This document shows, one piece after another, positions 32,505 to 42,707 of a DNA stretch of 64,000 bases; within the stretch, counting starts at the first letter, position 1; every line of letters starts with the position of its first letter. Where the stretch lies: positions 192,001-256,000 of the forward strand of contig CAVVHE010000009.1 of the NCBI GenBank assembly GCA_963748015.1. Direction: 5' to 3'. Made by a program: the position numbers and the translations under genes. The stretch comes from Terriglobia bacterium (GTDB taxonomy: Bacteria; Acidobacteriota; Polarisedimenticolia; Polarisedimenticolales; JAIQFR01). Below the pieces are notes generated by a model. It was not told the DNA's origin. It did not search any database and saw only the letters and a program-made list of their open reading frames with translations.

Positions 32505-33575
32505 ATGAAGCTACGCTCCGTTTCCACGTTCGTCCTCGCGGCATTCCTGGCCGCCACGTGCGCGACCCTGGCCGTCTCCGCCGCGGAGCTCCCGAAGGTC
32601 GTCATCCTCGCCACGGGAGGAACGATCGCCGGCGTGCAGCCGAAGGAGGGCGAGCCGGGCTACAAGTCCGGCAGCCTATCGATCGACTCCCTCATCAAGG
32701 CCGCGCCCGGGGTCGACAAGATCGCTCGTCTCGAAGGCGAGCAGATCGCGAGTATCGGCAGCCAGGACATGAACGACGCGGTCTGGTTCAAGCTCGCGCG
32801 GCGAGCGAACGAGCTCCTGGCCTCGCCCGACGTGGCGGGGATCGTCGTCACCCACGGCACCGACACCCTGGAGGAGACCGGTTACTTCCTCGACCTCGTC
32901 CTGAAGAGCGACAAGCCGGTGGTGCTGGTGGGCTCCATGCGGCCCGCGACCTCCACGAGCCCCGACGGCCCGCTGAACCTCTACAACGGCGTCGCCGTCG
33001 CCGCCGATCCTGCGTCGAAGGGGCGAGGCGTGCTCGTGGTCGCGAACGACGACGTGCACGAGGCGCGCTACATCCACAAGACGAACACGACCGACGTGCA
33101 GACCTTCGTGTCGCCGAACCGGGGACCGGTGGGCGAGGCGTACTACGGCAAGATGAAGTACTACAGCAATTCGACGGAGCGCCGCACCACGAAGAGCGAG
33201 TTCTCCCTCGACGGCATCGACGCGCTTCCGCGCGTGGACATCGTCTACCCGCACGAGAACGTGGACGGGACGCTCGTGAAGGCCTCGGTCGCTGCGGGCG
33301 CCAAGGGGATCGTCCTGGCCGGTGTGGGCGACGGCAACGCGACGAAGGACATGATCGACGCGCTCGCCGACGCGGCGAAGAAGGGGGTCGTGGTCGTCCG
33401 CAGCAGCCGGGTCGGGAGCGGAATCGTGCGGCGGAACATCGAGCTCAACGATGACCAGCTCGGCTTCGTTGCCGCGATGGACCTGAACCCGCAAAAGGCG
33501 CGCGTGCTGCTCCGCATGGCGCTGACCAAGTCGAAGGACGTCAAGCAGATCCAGCGCTACTTCGAAGAATACTGA
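32505..33575 (+). CDS. ansB: Type II (periplasmic) L-asparaginase
   Basis: Sec signal; ATGGTIAG, HGTDTLEET, GSMRP and LNPQKARVLL; AAGGAG RBS. Confidence 0.93.
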   Translation: MKLRSVSTFVLAAFLAATCATLAVSAAELPKVVILATGGTIAGVQPKEGEPGYKSGSLSIDSLIKAAPGVDKIARLEGEQIASIGSQDMNDAVWFKLARRANELLASPDVAGIVVTHGTDTLEETGYFLDLVLKSDKPVVLVGSMRPATSTSPDGPLNLYNGVAVAADPASKGRGVLVVANDDVHEARYIHKTNTTDVQTFVSPNRGPVGEAYYGKMKYYSNSTERRTTKSEFSLDGIDALPRVDIVYPHENVDGTLVKASVAAGAKGIVLAGVGDGNATKDMIDALADAAKKGVVVVRSSRVGSGIVRRNIELNDDQLGFVAAMDLNPQKARVLLRMALTKSKDVKQIQRYFEEY

Positions 33576-33611
33576 GGCGCAGGCGATTCGGGAAGGCCGG
33601 AAGTTGCTCTC

Positions 33612-36600
33612 ATGACGCGACGGCGCAGGCTCCTCTGGGCCGTCGCCGTCGCAGCGGTTGCGATAGGCGTGGCCGCCGTGGCGGCAAGGCTCTTCGTTCC
33701 GCCGTGGCTGCACTCCCGGTTCGAGCGGGCGGGTAGCGAGGCGCTGGGCCGCGAGGTCAGGATCGCCGGGCCCTTCGGCCTGTCGCTCTCGTCGCGCCCC
33801 ACGCTCGTGGCGGAGGGCCTCACCCTCGCCAACGCGCGGTGGGGGAGCGAGCCGGTCATGATCCGGGTCGCCCGGGTCAAGGTCTCGGTGGACCTCTGGT
33901 CGCTCCTATCGCCCCCCGTGCGGGTCGAGGATCTCGAGATCGACGGCGTCCGGATCCTGCTCGAAGCGGATGCCGACGGCCGCGGCAACTGGGAATTCGA
34001 GAGGCGAACTCCGGCGGGCCCGGCCGCGTCCGACCGCCGTCCGCCTCTCGTTTTCGGGCATGCCGCGATCCGCGATCTCGAGGTCATCGTTCTCCCGCAC
34101 CTCGAAAAGCCCGCCTTGAAGCTCGGCGTGAGCCGGCTCGAGGCCCGGCTCGACCCGGCGACCGGGATGATCGGCCTCGAAGCCGCGGGGCACTTCAACG
34201 ACGCGCGGTGGGATGTCGCAGGCAAGCTCGGGACACTCGACCGTCTCTACGAATTCCGCGACGTGGAGCAAGACGTCGCCGGGCATGTCGCCGCCGCGAA
34301 GCTCACGCTTCGAGGTCGCGTCGGCGACCCGCTGGCTCTCGGCGACCCCAATCTCGTGGCCGAGGTCGAGGGACCCGACATCGCCGCGGCCCTGGCGACG
34401 GTGGGCCTCCGGTCCCCGCTCTCGGGGCCGTTCCACGCGCGAGCCCGGTTATCCCCCGCGACAGAAGGGGTCGACGTCGATTTGACCGCGGAGAATGGCG
34501 GCGTGACCGCGGGCGTGCGCGGCCGCGTCGGTGCGCTTCTCGAGCCGAACGCGGTCGATGCGAGGGTCGAGATGTCGGGGCCGGACGCGTCGGTCGTCGG
34601 AGCGTGGGCCAAGGTCGAGGGCGTTCCCAAGCGGCCGTTCGAGGTCGCGGGCCACGTCCGCCGCGACGGCCCACGGTTCTCGGTCGACGACGTGAAGGCC
34701 CGGGTGGGTGGGACGTCGCTCGCCGCGAGCGGGACGATCGGCGCGTCGCCGCGATGGGTCGGCACGGACCTGGCGGTGACGGCGACCGGAGCCGATCTCT
34801 CCGAGCTCTCGGCGCTGTCTCGCGTTCGACTCCCGGCGGGGAGATTCGCCGTTCGTGGGCGTTTCCTGCGCCGGGAGGACACCCTCGCGGTGGACGACGT
34901 CGAGATCGGGACGCAGGACGCGACGGTTCGGCTGAGCGGCACGCTCGGCGAGCCGCCCCGGCTCGAGAACCTCGACATGGCGTTCGACGCCTCGGGGCCG
35001 GATCTCTCGAGGTTCTCGCGGATCGCGGCGCTCGAGCTGCCGCGCGAGCCGTTCGCGCTCAAGGGGCGCATCGCCCGAGCCGGCGACGTGTTCGACCTCG
35101 AGGGAGTGGAAGGCCGACTCGGCGACAACGCCGTCAACCTCGAGGGCAGCCTCGGCCGGGCGCCTCGCCTCGAGGGGAGCGATCTTCGCGTGCGGATCGC
35201 GGGACCCGACCTCGCGAGAGCCGGGGCGTTGGTGGAGTTGGAAGGCGTCCCCGCGGAGCCGTACACCGTGGCGGGCCGGATCCGCGTCGTTCCCGACGGC
35301 TACCGGCTCGACGGCGTCGAGGCGCACGCGGGACGCGTGACCGTGCGCGTGGACGGCCGCCTGGGCACCCGGCCGGCCGAGAACGGCACCGAGGTCGACA
35401 GCTCCGTCGAAGGATCGGCGCTCTCGGATCTCGCCGCGTGGGGTGTCGAGACCGGCCTACCCTCCGATCCGTTCCGTTTCGCGGGACGTCTTCGCATCGA
35501 GAACCGCGTCGTTGGCGTCGACCGTGCGGTCGCCGAGGTCGGAGCCGATCGCGCGACGATCGACGGCACGCTGGGCCGGCTGCCCGAGCTCTCGTCCCTG
35601 GACATCGGCGTCGAGGCGGCGGGGCCGAGCCTCGCGGACCTCGGGCGTTTCGTTTCGGCCGCGGGCGGCGAGCCTCCGAGCCGCCTTCCTGCCGGGCCGT
35701 ACACGCTCTCCGCCAGGGTCCGTCTGGCTCGCGAGGGGCTCGAGCTGCGCGAGGCTCGGGCGACGGTGGGTAACGCCGAGATCGGTCTCGACGGCACCCT
35801 CGGATTCGGCGCGAAGCTCCACGGCACGGACCTGCGCTTCGACGCCCGGGTGCCGGACTCCGCGCTCGCGTCGGGACTGGCCGGCGTCACTCTCCCCGAG
35901 GGGCCCGTCGAGCTCCGTGGAAGGGTCGAGCGCGTCGACTCGGGGTTCCGCTTCGACGGCGTGTCGGTCTTGCTCGGCGACGCGCATGCGGAGCTCTCGG
36001 GGACGCTGGGCGACGCGCCGGAGCGCGCGGGGACGGCTTTCGACGTGACGGTCGAGGGGCCGGACCTCGCCGCGGCCCTGGGTCCCGTCACCGGCCTGTC
36101 GCCGCTCCCCGCCGACGCGTTCGCAGTCTCGGCGCACCTCGAGGGAAACGGCAGGCGAATCACGTCGAAGCGCTTCGTCGCGCGGCTCGGCGAGAACGAC
36201 CTGGAAGGAAGCGTGTCCGTCGGCTTCGAGGGCCGTCCCGCCGTCGAGGCCGACCTCCGGTCGAGACACCTCGGCATCCCGCAGCTGCTCGATGGATTCC
36301 TCGGCGAGCCCGCGTCGGCTCCCGCGTCCCCGAAGAAGAAGCGTCACGAGCGAGAGACGGGTCTCCTTTTCCCCGACGAGCCGTTGGCGCTCGACCGGCT
36401 GCGATCGCTGGACGCGCAGGTCCGGTTGTCGGCGGCCGAGGTTGCGCTTCCCGGCGTGCTCCTCCACGACGTCCGCGTCGAGGTGAGTCTCCGCGACGGC
36501 GCCCTTCGCGTCGGAGACGCGGAAGGGGTGGGAGAGCGCGGCGGCCGAGCGACGGCGAGCCTTTCCCTGGAGCCCGCGGACGGCGGCTACCGGCTGCGGG

Positions 36601-37274
36601 CATCGGGTGGCCTCACCGGCGCCCGATTCGGTCTCTGGACGAAGGGGGAAGCGCGCGAGCAGATGCCTTCCCTCGACCTCGAGTTCGAGCTGGGGGGCGC
36701 CGGCCGGTCGTTCCACCAGATCGCCGCGAGCAGTGCCGGCCACGCGCTCTTCACGCTGGGCCCAGGGCGCGTCCCATCCAACCTCAGCGATGCCGTGACC
36801 TCGGGGGCTCTTCGCGGCCTCCTCGACGCGTTGAACCCGTTCCGGAAATCGTCCCCCTACACGGAGGTCGAGTGCGGCGTCGTCGCCGCGGAGCTCACGA
36901 GCGGAAAGATGGCCGTGGAGCCCATCGCCGCCCGCACGGACAGGATGACCATCCTCGGCCACGGGAAGCTCGATTTCGAGACCGAGGGCATCGATCTCGT
37001 CTGGACCCTCAAGCCGCGCGAGGGGGTCGGGATCACCGCCGGATCGATCGCCAATCCGTACATCAAGCTCGGCGGGACGCTGTCGGCCCCTTCTCTCGAC
37101 GCGAAGCCGCTCCAGGCCGCGGCCGCCACCGGCGCCGCGGTCGCCACCGCCGGGCTGACCGTGCTGTTCCGTGGAGTCTACGACCGCGTCACGGCCGAGA
37201 AGAAGGTGTGCGTCCAGGCGCTCGAGGACGCCCAGCGGCAGGCCGAGAAGCGCGGCGCCAGCGCCAAGCCATGA
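33612..37274 (+). CDS. AsmA-family protein with about nine 70-aa internal repeats
   Basis: N-terminal anchor; AsmA-type GLTLANARWG and DGRGNW; repeated GPDL-like units; C-terminal GHGKLDF...IKLGGTLSAP. Confidence 0.85.
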   Translation: MTRRRRLLWAVAVAAVAIGVAAVAARLFVPPWLHSRFERAGSEALGREVRIAGPFGLSLSSRPTLVAEGLTLANARWGSEPVMIRVARVKVSVDLWSLLSPPVRVEDLEIDGVRILLEADADGRGNWEFERRTPAGPAASDRRPPLVFGHAAIRDLEVIVLPHLEKPALKLGVSRLEARLDPATGMIGLEAAGHFNDARWDVAGKLGTLDRLYEFRDVEQDVAGHVAAAKLTLRGRVGDPLALGDPNLVAEVEGPDIAAALATVGLRSPLSGPFHARARLSPATEGVDVDLTAENGGVTAGVRGRVGALLEPNAVDARVEMSGPDASVVGAWAKVEGVPKRPFEVAGHVRRDGPRFSVDDVKARVGGTSLAASGTIGASPRWVGTDLAVTATGADLSELSALSRVRLPAGRFAVRGRFLRREDTLAVDDVEIGTQDATVRLSGTLGEPPRLENLDMAFDASGPDLSRFSRIAALELPREPFALKGRIARAGDVFDLEGVEGRLGDNAVNLEGSLGRAPRLEGSDLRVRIAGPDLARAGALVELEGVPAEPYTVAGRIRVVPDGYRLDGVEAHAGRVTVRVDGRLGTRPAENGTEVDSSVEGSALSDLAAWGVETGLPSDPFRFAGRLRIENRVVGVDRAVAEVGADRATIDGTLGRLPELSSLDIGVEAAGPSLADLGRFVSAAGGEPPSRLPAGPYTLSARVRLAREGLELREARATVGNAEIGLDGTLGFGAKLHGTDLRFDARVPDSALASGLAGVTLPEGPVELRGRVERVDSGFRFDGVSVLLGDAHAELSGTLGDAPERAGTAFDVTVEGPDLAAALGPVTGLSPLPADAFAVSAHLEGNGRRITSKRFVARLGENDLEGSVSVGFEGRPAVEADLRSRHLGIPQLLDGFLGEPASAPASPKKKRHERETGLLFPDEPLALDRLRSLDAQVRLSAAEVALPGVLLHDVRVEVSLRDGALRVGDAEGVGERGGRATASLSLEPADGGYRLRASGGLTGARFGLWTKGEAREQMPSLDLEFELGGAGRSFHQIAASSAGHALFTLGPGRVPSNLSDAVTSGALRGLLDALNPFRKSSPYTEVECGVVAAELTSGKMAVEPIAARTDRMTILGHGKLDFETEGIDLVWTLKPREGVGITAGSIANPYIKLGGTLSAPSLDAKPLQAAAATGAAVATAGLTVLFRGVYDRVTAEKKVCVQALEDAQRQAEKRGASAKP

Positions 37275-37437
37275 CCTCGCAGCGCCTCGTAATTTTGCGA
37301 GGCCAAATCCATGCGGCTGAGGGATAAACTGTGCCGAACCCGGCGACGGCGGCGAGTGCAGCATGGGTCCGGCCGGGTTCGAACCGGGGTGCCTCGAGCG
37401 GGAGCGAGAGTCCCGGCGCCCAGAGGAGGAAGCGATC

Positions 37438-39048
37438 ATGAAAACGAGTCGAGGCAAGGACGAGCTCTTTCTTCTGCCCGAGGAGGATCCGGTCCCGACG
37501 GAAGTCCCGCCGGGGGTGGACCGCCGGACGTTCCTGATGCGCAGCGCGGTCATCGGTTCCGCCGCGGTGATGTCGGGGATCCCGGTGTCGGAGATGGACC
37601 GGGTCGCCGCCGCAGCGGGGGAGCCCCCCAAGCCCGCCGCGGGGATGGCGTCGCAACTCGACGTGGTCAAGAAATCGAAGGGACCCGTCATGACCGTCCT
37701 GGAGGAGTTCTACAAGGTCGGACCGGGACCTTCCAGCTCCCACACCATCGGTCCGATGCGGATCTGCTACGACTTCTACCAGCGCTGTACCAAGCTGCCG
37801 AAGGACCAGCTGGCGAAAGCCACCGGGATCAAGGTCCACCTCTACGGCAGCCTGAGCGCGACCGGGAAGGGGCACGGCACCGAGCGCGCCGCGCTCGCCG
37901 GGATCATCGGCAAGGAGCCGGCGACGGTCGACCCGCTCTTCCTCGACGGCCTGAGGGACAAGCCCGACCAGACCTTCAAGGTGACGCTCGGGGGCAAGAC
38001 CTTCGATGCATCGCTGAAGGACATCATCTACGACGCCCCGAAGGGTAACTTCCCCCACCCCAACACGATGACCTGCAAGCTGATGGGCGGGGGCGGCGTG
38101 CTCCACGAGCTCGAGTACTACTCGGTCGGCGGCGGGTTCATCGAGTGGAAGGGGTACCAGCCCCCGAAGAAAGGACAGCCCAGGTACCCCTATGCCACGA
38201 TGAAGGAGCTGCTGGCACACACGCAGGCGAGCAAGCTCTCCTTCGCGCAGGTCGTCATGGCGAACGAGGTGGCGGTCTCCGGCAAGAGCGAGGCGGAGGT
38301 CAACGCGTTCCTCGACAAGATCGCCACCGCGATGGTCAACATCGTCAAGTCCGGGCTGAACGCCCCCCCCGCGACGCTGCCCGGCCCGATCAAGCTCAAG
38401 ACCAAGGCCGGCGAGGTCTACAGGCGCGCGATGGACGATACCTTCGTGGGGCAGCGCGGCGTCGGCGTCGTGTCGGCGTACGCCCTGGCGGGCTCGGAGG
38501 AGAACGCGCGCGGCCACCTCGTCGTCACGGCGCCGACGGGCGGCTCGGCCGGGGTCATTCCCGCCATCGTCTACGTGCTCGGCGAGGGCGGCCGCAAGCT
38601 GCCGCAGGAGAAGATCCGCAGCGGCCTCCTGGCGGGCGCCGCGATCGGATATCTCTGCAAGCACAACGCGACGCTCGCCGGTGCCGAGGGCGGCTGCCAG
38701 GCGGAGATCGGCGTCGCCTCCGCGATGGGCGCGGCGCTGATCGCCCAGGCGCACGACTTCGAGCCCCAGGTCGTCGCGAACGCCGCCGAATCCTCGCTCG
38801 AGCATCACCTCGGGCTGACGTGCGATCCCGTCGCCGGCTTCGTCCAGGTGCCCTGCATCGAGCGCTGCGCGTACGGCGCGGTGAAGTCGTGGACCGGCTT
38901 CATGATCGCGAGCAACGAGATCCCGGCCGACCGCCGCGTCGACTTCGACACGACCGTCGCGGCGATGGCGCTCACCGCGAAGGAGATGAACTCGAAGTAC
39001 AAGGAGACCTCGGAGGGCGGCCTGGCCGTGTCCGTGGTGCTCTGCTAA
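37438..39048 (+). CDS. sdaA: Single-chain Fe-S L-serine dehydratase with an N-terminal twin-arginine signal-like extension
   Basis: KVGPGPSSSHTIGPM, YGSLSATGKGHGT, VTAPTGGSAG, GCQAE, LTCDPV, VPCIER; GAGGAGG RBS; DRRTFL at 37519-37536. Confidence 0.88.
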   Translation: MKTSRGKDELFLLPEEDPVPTEVPPGVDRRTFLMRSAVIGSAAVMSGIPVSEMDRVAAAAGEPPKPAAGMASQLDVVKKSKGPVMTVLEEFYKVGPGPSSSHTIGPMRICYDFYQRCTKLPKDQLAKATGIKVHLYGSLSATGKGHGTERAALAGIIGKEPATVDPLFLDGLRDKPDQTFKVTLGGKTFDASLKDIIYDAPKGNFPHPNTMTCKLMGGGGVLHELEYYSVGGGFIEWKGYQPPKKGQPRYPYATMKELLAHTQASKLSFAQVVMANEVAVSGKSEAEVNAFLDKIATAMVNIVKSGLNAPPATLPGPIKLKTKAGEVYRRAMDDTFVGQRGVGVVSAYALAGSEENARGHLVVTAPTGGSAGVIPAIVYVLGEGGRKLPQEKIRSGLLAGAAIGYLCKHNATLAGAEGGCQAEIGVASAMGAALIAQAHDFEPQVVANAAESSLEHHLGLTCDPVAGFVQVPCIERCAYGAVKSWTGFMIASNEIPADRRVDFDTTVAAMALTAKEMNSKYKETSEGGLAVSVVLC

Positions 39049-39064
39049 CGGGTGAGAGGGTCGC

Positions 39065-40309
39065 GTGAGTCGAGGCACGAAGGCGGCCGGCGCCGCCGGC
39101 GTCGCATGGCTGATCACGGCCGTGTACTACTTCTACCAGTACACGCTGCGATCGGCGCCGGCCGTCATGATGCCGCAGCTCTCGGAGGCGTTCGGCCTGA
39201 GCGCGATGGGCGTCGCCTCGATGGTCGGCCTCTTCTACTGGGGCTACTCCCCGTTCAGCCTGGTGGCCGGCGCCGCGATGGACCGCTTCGGGCCGCAGCG
39301 GGTCGTCCCGATCGGCGCCGCGGCCGTCGGCATCGGGGCGTTGCTGTTCGCCACCGGCAACAGCCAGGCCGCGAGCGTCGGCCGGGTGCTCCAGGGCGCG
39401 GGGGGCGTCTTCGCTCTCGTGGGGGCGGTCTACATCGCCACGACGAGCTTCCCGGCCTCCCGCGCGGCCACGCTGATCGGGGCGACGCAGATGTTCGGAA
39501 TGGCCGGGGGATCGGCGGGGCAGTTCCTCGTCGGTCCCGCGATCTCCGCGGGCGTCCCCTGGAGCCGGTTCTGGCTCGTCATGGGCGTCGCGGGCCTCGC
39601 GATCGGCGCGGGGCTCTTCGTCCTGCTTCCCAGACAAGAGAAGCCGGAGCAGGGAAGCGCCTGGGTCAAGGGCGCGGCGCGCGCCATGGTCTCGGTCTTC
39701 AGGAACCCGCAGTCCATCCTGTGCGGGGTGATCGCGGGCCTTCTCTTCATTCCAACGACCATCTTCGACATGATCTGGGGGGTCCGGTTCCTGCAGGAGG
39801 CCCACGGGTACGAGTACGCGTCCGCGGTGATCCGCTCGGCCATGGTTCCCCTCGGCTGGATCATCGGCTGCCCGCTGCTCGGCTTTCTTTCCGACCGGCT
39901 CGGCCGGCGCAAGCCGGTGATCCTGGGGTCCGCCCTGGTCCTCCTGGCATGTCTCATCTGGATCCTCCACGGCCCCACGAACGTTCTTCCCCCCTATGTC
40001 CTCGGAATCGTGGCCGGAGTGGCTTCCGGCGCGGCGATGCTGCCGTACACCGTGATCAAGGAGGCGAACCCGCCAGAAATGAGCGGGACGGCCACGGGAG
40101 TGATCAACTTCCTGAATTTCACCTTCAGCGCCCTGCTTGGCCCGGTCTTCGGCTGGATCCTGCGGACCGTGTCCGGCGGGGCCGCCACGATGAAGGCGGA
40201 GCACTACCAAACGGCGTTCGAGCCGCTCCTCTACGGCGTGGGCCTGGCGATCATCCTCACGCTCGTCCTGAAGGAGACGGGGCCCGCGGTCCGCTCGCCG
40301 GTCCGGTAG
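39065..40309 (+). CDS. MFS transporter
   Basis: GAAMDRFGPQR and GFLSDRLGRRK motif A copies; about 12 TM segments. Confidence 0.9.
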   Translation: MSRGTKAAGAAGVAWLITAVYYFYQYTLRSAPAVMMPQLSEAFGLSAMGVASMVGLFYWGYSPFSLVAGAAMDRFGPQRVVPIGAAAVGIGALLFATGNSQAASVGRVLQGAGGVFALVGAVYIATTSFPASRAATLIGATQMFGMAGGSAGQFLVGPAISAGVPWSRFWLVMGVAGLAIGAGLFVLLPRQEKPEQGSAWVKGAARAMVSVFRNPQSILCGVIAGLLFIPTTIFDMIWGVRFLQEAHGYEYASAVIRSAMVPLGWIIGCPLLGFLSDRLGRRKPVILGSALVLLACLIWILHGPTNVLPPYVLGIVAGVASGAAMLPYTVIKEANPPEMSGTATGVINFLNFTFSALLGPVFGWILRTVSGGAATMKAEHYQTAFEPLLYGVGLAIILTLVLKETGPAVRSPVR

Positions 40310-40403
40310 TCGCGCAAGAGGCCCTGGACCGGGCGATCGAGGAGCGCGCTCGACGGAGATCCGGCCTGCGGAGCGCGCGGCGTACGCGACCCGCACCCCG
40401 GTT

Positions 40404-41498
40404 TCACGGCACCCGGGGCGGCATCAGGAAGAGCGTCATCGCGAAGATCGCGTAGACCATCAACACCAAGGTGCCCACGAACCAGGCCGAGCGGCCGCCG
40501 TTCGTCACCAGCGTCGCCGTCAACGTCGCGATGAGCACCATCACGACCGCGCCCGGCCAGAACTCCAGGGTCATCGGCGCCGGTCCGACGACGTAGCTGA
40601 GCAGCACGAGCACCGGCGCCACGAAGAGCGCGATCTGCGCTGCGCTCCCCAGGGCGATGCCGACGCTCAGATCGAGCCGGTCCTTCCGGGCGGCCGAGAA
40701 CGCCGAGGCCATCTCCGCCGCGCCGCCCACGAGCGCCACGACGATGAACCCCACGAACGCCGCGCTCATCCCCATCTCCTCCGCGGCGACCTGGACCGAC
40801 TCGACGAACACCTCGCTGACCAGGGCCACGAGCAGCGTGACGCCGGCCAGCGTCGAGAGTGCCAGGCCCAGGGGCCACGGGGCCTCGTCTCCCTCCGCAT
40901 GCTCCGCGCTTCCGAAGACGTCGGGATGCGTCTTGAGCGAGAACAGGAGGCCGAGACCGTAGGCCACGATGAGGAGCACGGAGAGGCCCACGCTCAACGT
41001 CTGCGCGAACGCGGCCCCGGACGCCGAGTCGGCCTGGCCGATCGCCGACGGGATCAGGAGGGCGACGGTGGCCAGGAACAGCAGGCCGGCCTGCAGCCGC
41101 GCGCCGGCCCGGTTGAATTCCTGCACGTGATGCTTGAGTCCGCCCAGGAGGAACGACGCCCCGAGCATGAACAGCGTGTTGGCGACGATGGCCCCGGCGA
41201 TGGACGCCTTCACCAGCGTGTACTGCCCGGCGCGGAGGGCCGCGATCGCGATGACGAGCTCGGTCAGGTTCCCGAGCGTCGCGTTGAGCAGCCCGCCGAC
41301 CGCGTCGCCCGTCTTCGCGGCCACCGACTCCGTCGCGTGGCTGAGCAGCGCGGCCAGGGGCACGATGGCGAGAACGGAAAGGACGAAGAGGGCGGTTGCC
41401 GATTCCGGAGCGAGCTTGTTGGCGACCATCACGATCGGAACGAAGACGAGCAGCCAGAGCAGCGGGTTGCGGCGGATCTCCGCGAGGAGAGGGCTCAT
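40404..41498 (-). CDS. cax: Ca2+/H+ exchanger (CaCA/CAX family)
   Basis: GGLLNATLGNLTE and VGGAAEM alpha-repeats; GIALGSAAQIALFVAP. Confidence 0.9.
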   Translation of the reverse strand: MSPLLAEIRRNPLLWLLVFVPIVMVANKLAPESATALFVLSVLAIVPLAALLSHATESVAAKTGDAVGGLLNATLGNLTELVIAIAALRAGQYTLVKASIAGAIVANTLFMLGASFLLGGLKHHVQEFNRAGARLQAGLLFLATVALLIPSAIGQADSASGAAFAQTLSVGLSVLLIVAYGLGLLFSLKTHPDVFGSAEHAEGDEAPWPLGLALSTLAGVTLLVALVSEVFVESVQVAAEEMGMSAAFVGFIVVALVGGAAEMASAFSAARKDRLDLSVGIALGSAAQIALFVAPVLVLLSYVVGPAPMTLEFWPGAVVMVLIATLTATLVTNGGRSAWFVGTLVLMVYAIFAMTLFLMPPRVP

Positions 41499-41674
41499 CG
41501 GAAAGACTCCTTCTCCGGCTGCGAGATCCGGCGCGGCGGCGCGCCCATTCTCGGCCTTGCCGGCGCCTTCACGGGCCCGACTCTGCCCTCTGTCGGATCG
41601 AGAATCAAGGGAAAAACGGGGCGCGCGGCTGCGAATCGCCCGAGGGGGCCGAGCGTCCGCGACGCCGGCCGGGA

Positions 41675-42142
41675 TCAGCGGGTCAGGGGAACGGCCTGCG
41701 CCAGCTCGTAGTTGACCACGGCGTCCAGCTTGTTCTCGAGCTGGAAGAAGCGCGTGACCTTCGCCGGAGGAAGCAGCTTGCGGAACGCCTTGACGTGCTT
41801 CTGCCGAACGGCCACCTCCTTGGCCTTGAGGTCCAGGTACTCGTCCAGGAGGCGGTTCGCCTGCTCGCCGGTGAGCGTCGCGTTGGAGTCGACGAACTCC
41901 TTGATCACGCGGACGAGACGGTCCCCGAGTCGGGCCATGTCGAGCCGATAGTCCCGGTAGGCCGGCCAGAACGCCAGGCCCTCTTCCTCGGTCAGCTCGA
42001 TGGCCTTGGCGACGATCGCCTGGCGGGACTTCTGGATCTCGGCCCGGGTCAACGCGACGTCCCCGGCCGGTTGAGCCGACGCGGGAGCCGCGAGCAGGAG
42101 GGCGAGGGCGAGCGTGGCCACCGTGGCTGCGACGTTCTTCAT
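41675..42142 (-). CDS. Small helical periplasmic protein (Spy/CpxP-like)
   Basis: AGGAG RBS; signal ending ASA-Q; LTEEEGLAFWPAYRDY...RFFQLENKLDA. Confidence 0.78.
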   Translation of the reverse strand: MKNVAATVATLALALLLAAPASAQPAGDVALTRAEIQKSRQAIVAKAIELTEEEGLAFWPAYRDYRLDMARLGDRLVRVIKEFVDSNATLTGEQANRLLDEYLDLKAKEVAVRQKHVKAFRKLLPPAKVTRFFQLENKLDAVVNYELAQAVPLTR

Positions 42143-42153
42143 GCGAATGTCTC

Positions 42154-42534
42154 CTACTCCGTGCCGCACACGACGCAGCGGGCCACGCTGAACTTCCAGT
42201 CCACGAGGTCGCTGTCCCGGGCGATGTGATGGCTGGCCCCGTAGGTGACGGGGCCCGTGACCTTTCTCCACCCGCGGCGGGTGGTCGTGATCTCCTCGCC
42301 GTCGAACAGCCGCTCCGTGGCGGTGAAGTCCACGTAGACCTTGGCGCAGGTCTCCTTGGTGTCGAGCTCGACCGTGAAGGCGATGTCCTTGACCTGGTCC
42401 CGGATCTCCTCTCGGGCCAGCCTGGCGCGTACGTCCGCGCGGCACTCCGTCGCCGCCGGGGCGGAAGGAGCCTCTGCCGCCAACCCGGCCGCCACCAGGA
42501 CGAACACGAACGCGTGGCGCGATAGCCTCATCAT
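42154..42534 (-). CDS. Small secreted hypothetical protein with four Cys
   Basis: GGAGG RBS; signal peptide; beta-rich; ends RCVVCGTE. Confidence 0.7.
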   Translation of the reverse strand: MMRLSRHAFVFVLVAAGLAAEAPSAPAATECRADVRARLAREEIRDQVKDIAFTVELDTKETCAKVYVDFTATERLFDGEEITTTRRGWRKVTGPVTYGASHHIARDSDLVDWKFSVARCVVCGTE

Positions 42535-42707
42535 CGCCTCCTACCGTGTCTTGCGTTCCGCTTCGGCCAGAATCTAACTCCTGGAACCGCCGCGGGCAAG
42601 GCCACTTTCGCCCGCCGCCCGCCCTTTTTCGCCGGGAGCTTGCGCCGAAGCCCGGCGGGAACGACATTTTGACCGCGAGCTCGTGCTCGAAACAAGAAGG
42701 GGAATCC

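Noticed and set aside
42154..42180. CVVCG as a heme-binding site
   Set aside because: It lacks the His of CxxCH
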